Shown: piece by piece, positions 62,244 through 64,000 of the stretch
How positions within the stretch are numbered: position 1 is the first letter of the stretch
How the letters are laid out: each line of letters starts with the position of its first letter
NCBI GenBank assembly: GCA_030704615.1
Contig: CM060733.1
Location: 56,234,001 to 56,298,000, forward strand
Length of the DNA stretch: 64,000 nt
Direction of reading: 5' to 3'
From: Takakia lepidozioides
Lineage: Eukaryota; Plantae; Bryophyta
The notes under the pieces: model-generated
Databases searched by the model: none
What the model saw: the letters and a program-made list of their open reading frames with translations, nothing else
What the model was told of the DNA's origin: nothing
Program-made: the position numbers and the translations under genes

Positions 62244-63661
62244 TTTTGGGGCTCATTCTTGTTGTGCAACCATTAGCACTCATCACACTACACCCATGCG
62301 AAAGATAGGATTTTTTTTTTTTAAAAAGTTTTGGAACTTGTCATCTTTGCTACTTTCGCACACTTCACATGAAGAGTGTAGGAAGTTGAAGTAAAACTAA
62401 GTTTTGCGTGCCATCACAAATGACCACATATGGTTTGTGGTCTACATCTATGCATGCACACTATGCATCTTGTTAGTAAGCTTGGGGAAGAAGAACGGAG
62501 TGAAAAAAAAATCGTGTACATCCCTAAACATAGCACATAATATACGGTGTTTGTGGACCTTTGTAGACATTTGTGGAACCTAAATGGACATTTTGGGAAT
62601 TATTATCAGGATATGTAAAGTTGTGAACTTTGGAGATTTTGGATTCTGTGTATTGAAAACAATGGAAAAGTTTGGAAAACGTTAATGGCCACTTTGGAAA
62701 GTTTTGGACGGTGACGGTAGTGCCCGGGAGCATCGTGGACAAGGCAAGGTCCAGTGGGCCCACACTAGCCCAAACCCCAGGCCCTATATGAATTTAAATT
62801 CTAGCGACGATCGAAGGTCGGAAGCTAGTTTAGCGTAGAGCAGGAATAGGGTGCCATAGTGCCATGTCATCATCGCCACGTTTCGTCGCCACGTCATCGT
62901 AGCCAGGTCATCGTCGTCGTCAATTTCTTTGGAATCTGCCCGGACGGCCTGCGCGAAATAGGCGAATAGAAATCGCCGCGCCAACGTTTTTGGAACTGCC
63001 CACCATGCCCTGATCTTGATCTTCTTGAACTGCAGGAGCTCTGCGTTTTCCGCCATCGTTCACCTTGCAAGCACAGGCATGGATAGCTGAAGGAGCAGGG
63101 ATCGAGTGTGGGTCCAGATTCATCCATAAGGTCCGGATTTCAAGCTCCAGATTACCTATTATTCGAAAGACAACAAATGGGGAGGAGTTTCTTGCAGACG
63201 GAATCGGAAGCTTTCACTCGTGATTGGGTGGGAAAGAAGAAAAGTGCAGCTTAGATTACACCTTACTTCCTTGTTTCAGACCCGCACAGTGAGTCTCTGT
63301 GATTGATTTTCCATGAGCGCGAAGGGTATGTCAGGTTGTGTCTAGTTGCAAAAGTCCCACATCTGCTTGAAGCTAAACCCAAGTTTCAAACCTAATCTTA
63401 CATTGACTAAATTGTAATTGTTGTCTATCTGCCATAACCTCCCTATAAACCCTAGAAATTGTGATCCCTTATTTGAACTTCAAGGAGTAATTGGCCGATC
63501 TGCCCTCTTTTGGGGGATTTCAATGGAAATAAATTAGAACGGATTGTTCCCCTTCAGGGTTCATCTATCTGAATTCCTAGAAGTGTGAGGGAAAGAGAGG
63601 AGGGGGAGGGAAGGAAAGGATGGACCAATGAACACACCAGGGATGGTCTCTGCTGTAACAG

Positions 63662-63780
63662 AGCAAATGAAATATGTCGACAATCAAAGCGACAAACCAT
63701 CAATGTTGAGGATGTGCTCAAAGCTGTTGAGGAGCTGGACCTCACCGAGTTTTGTGAGCCCTTGAGAGCTGCACTTGCAG
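63662..63780 (+). CDS. Internal exon of a histone-fold DPB4/POLE3 (NF-YB11-like) gene, possibly a pseudogene
   Basis: aacag|A...GCAG|gt; ANEICRQSKRQTINVEDVLKAVEELDLTEFCEPLRAAL matches the DPB4 helix 2-3 region. No clean upstream exon found. Confidence 0.7.
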
Positions 63781-63790
63781 GTGTGTATGG

Positions 63791-63821
<31 letters not shown>

Positions 63822-63975
63822 GATGATTTGTAGTGATGACTTGAGTGGATTATTTGAGTTTATTGTTCTGTCTTTCTTTTAAGGGCAAGGTGTCAGATCA
63901 AACTCTAGTAGAAAACCTCTTTAGGGAACACCTCAGAAGTTTGAAAAAGCCAAAAAAGTCAACAAAGGCACTAGT

Positions 63976-64000
63976 TGTCGAGCGGCTTTTACTCACCCAT
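63976..64000 (-). mobile_element. Edge of another B-family LTR (B' subtype), running off the window
   Basis: tgtcgagcggcttttactcacccat is the exact reverse complement of 36788-36812. Confidence 0.85.

Noticed and set aside
62784-63127. Short minus-strand ORFs and gccacgtcatc repeats
   Set aside because: No recognisable protein motif; could be promoter or TE end, but unsupported.

Overview
Eukaryotic nuclear DNA, most likely from a non-seed land plant (bryophyte-like). The first 14.5 kb is genic: the last exon of a CHR4/PKR1-type CHD remodeler, an orphan first coding exon of TAF15, an intact 4-exon LEAFY (type I H312/R345/H387 residues), an mS38/COX24-C-terminal-domain gene and a pTAC7-like gene interrupted by a tRNA-derived SINE. 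From about 14.8 to 62.2 kb is a transposon pile. It contains a decayed MULE/SWIM transposon with a convergent accessory zinc-finger gene and a pervasive CAGCAGACT motif, including a 100-bp array inside a transposase intron. It also has LINE fragments (L1-like, and RNaseH/RLE Dualen-like) and two copies of an unclassified long LTR-like repeat, one with a local inversion. The main nest is a LINE carrying a Galadriel-like chromovirus (37311-57720, TSD GTTAA), which in turn carries a very young non-chromovirus Ty3/gypsy, 'element B' (42410-55853, TSD GTCAC). Element B is the most unusual object. It has an LTR-initiated 5' ORF, gag-pol, a conserved ~1.25k-aa extra ORF of unknown function, and helically phased CACAG motif arrays in its LTRs and at the end of pol. 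A diverged pol-less relative (30259-36812) keeps the extra ORF and the phased array. The window ends in a DPB4/NF-YB11-like exon followed by the edge of another B-family LTR. All identifications come from recognising motifs by eye; no database searches were run.
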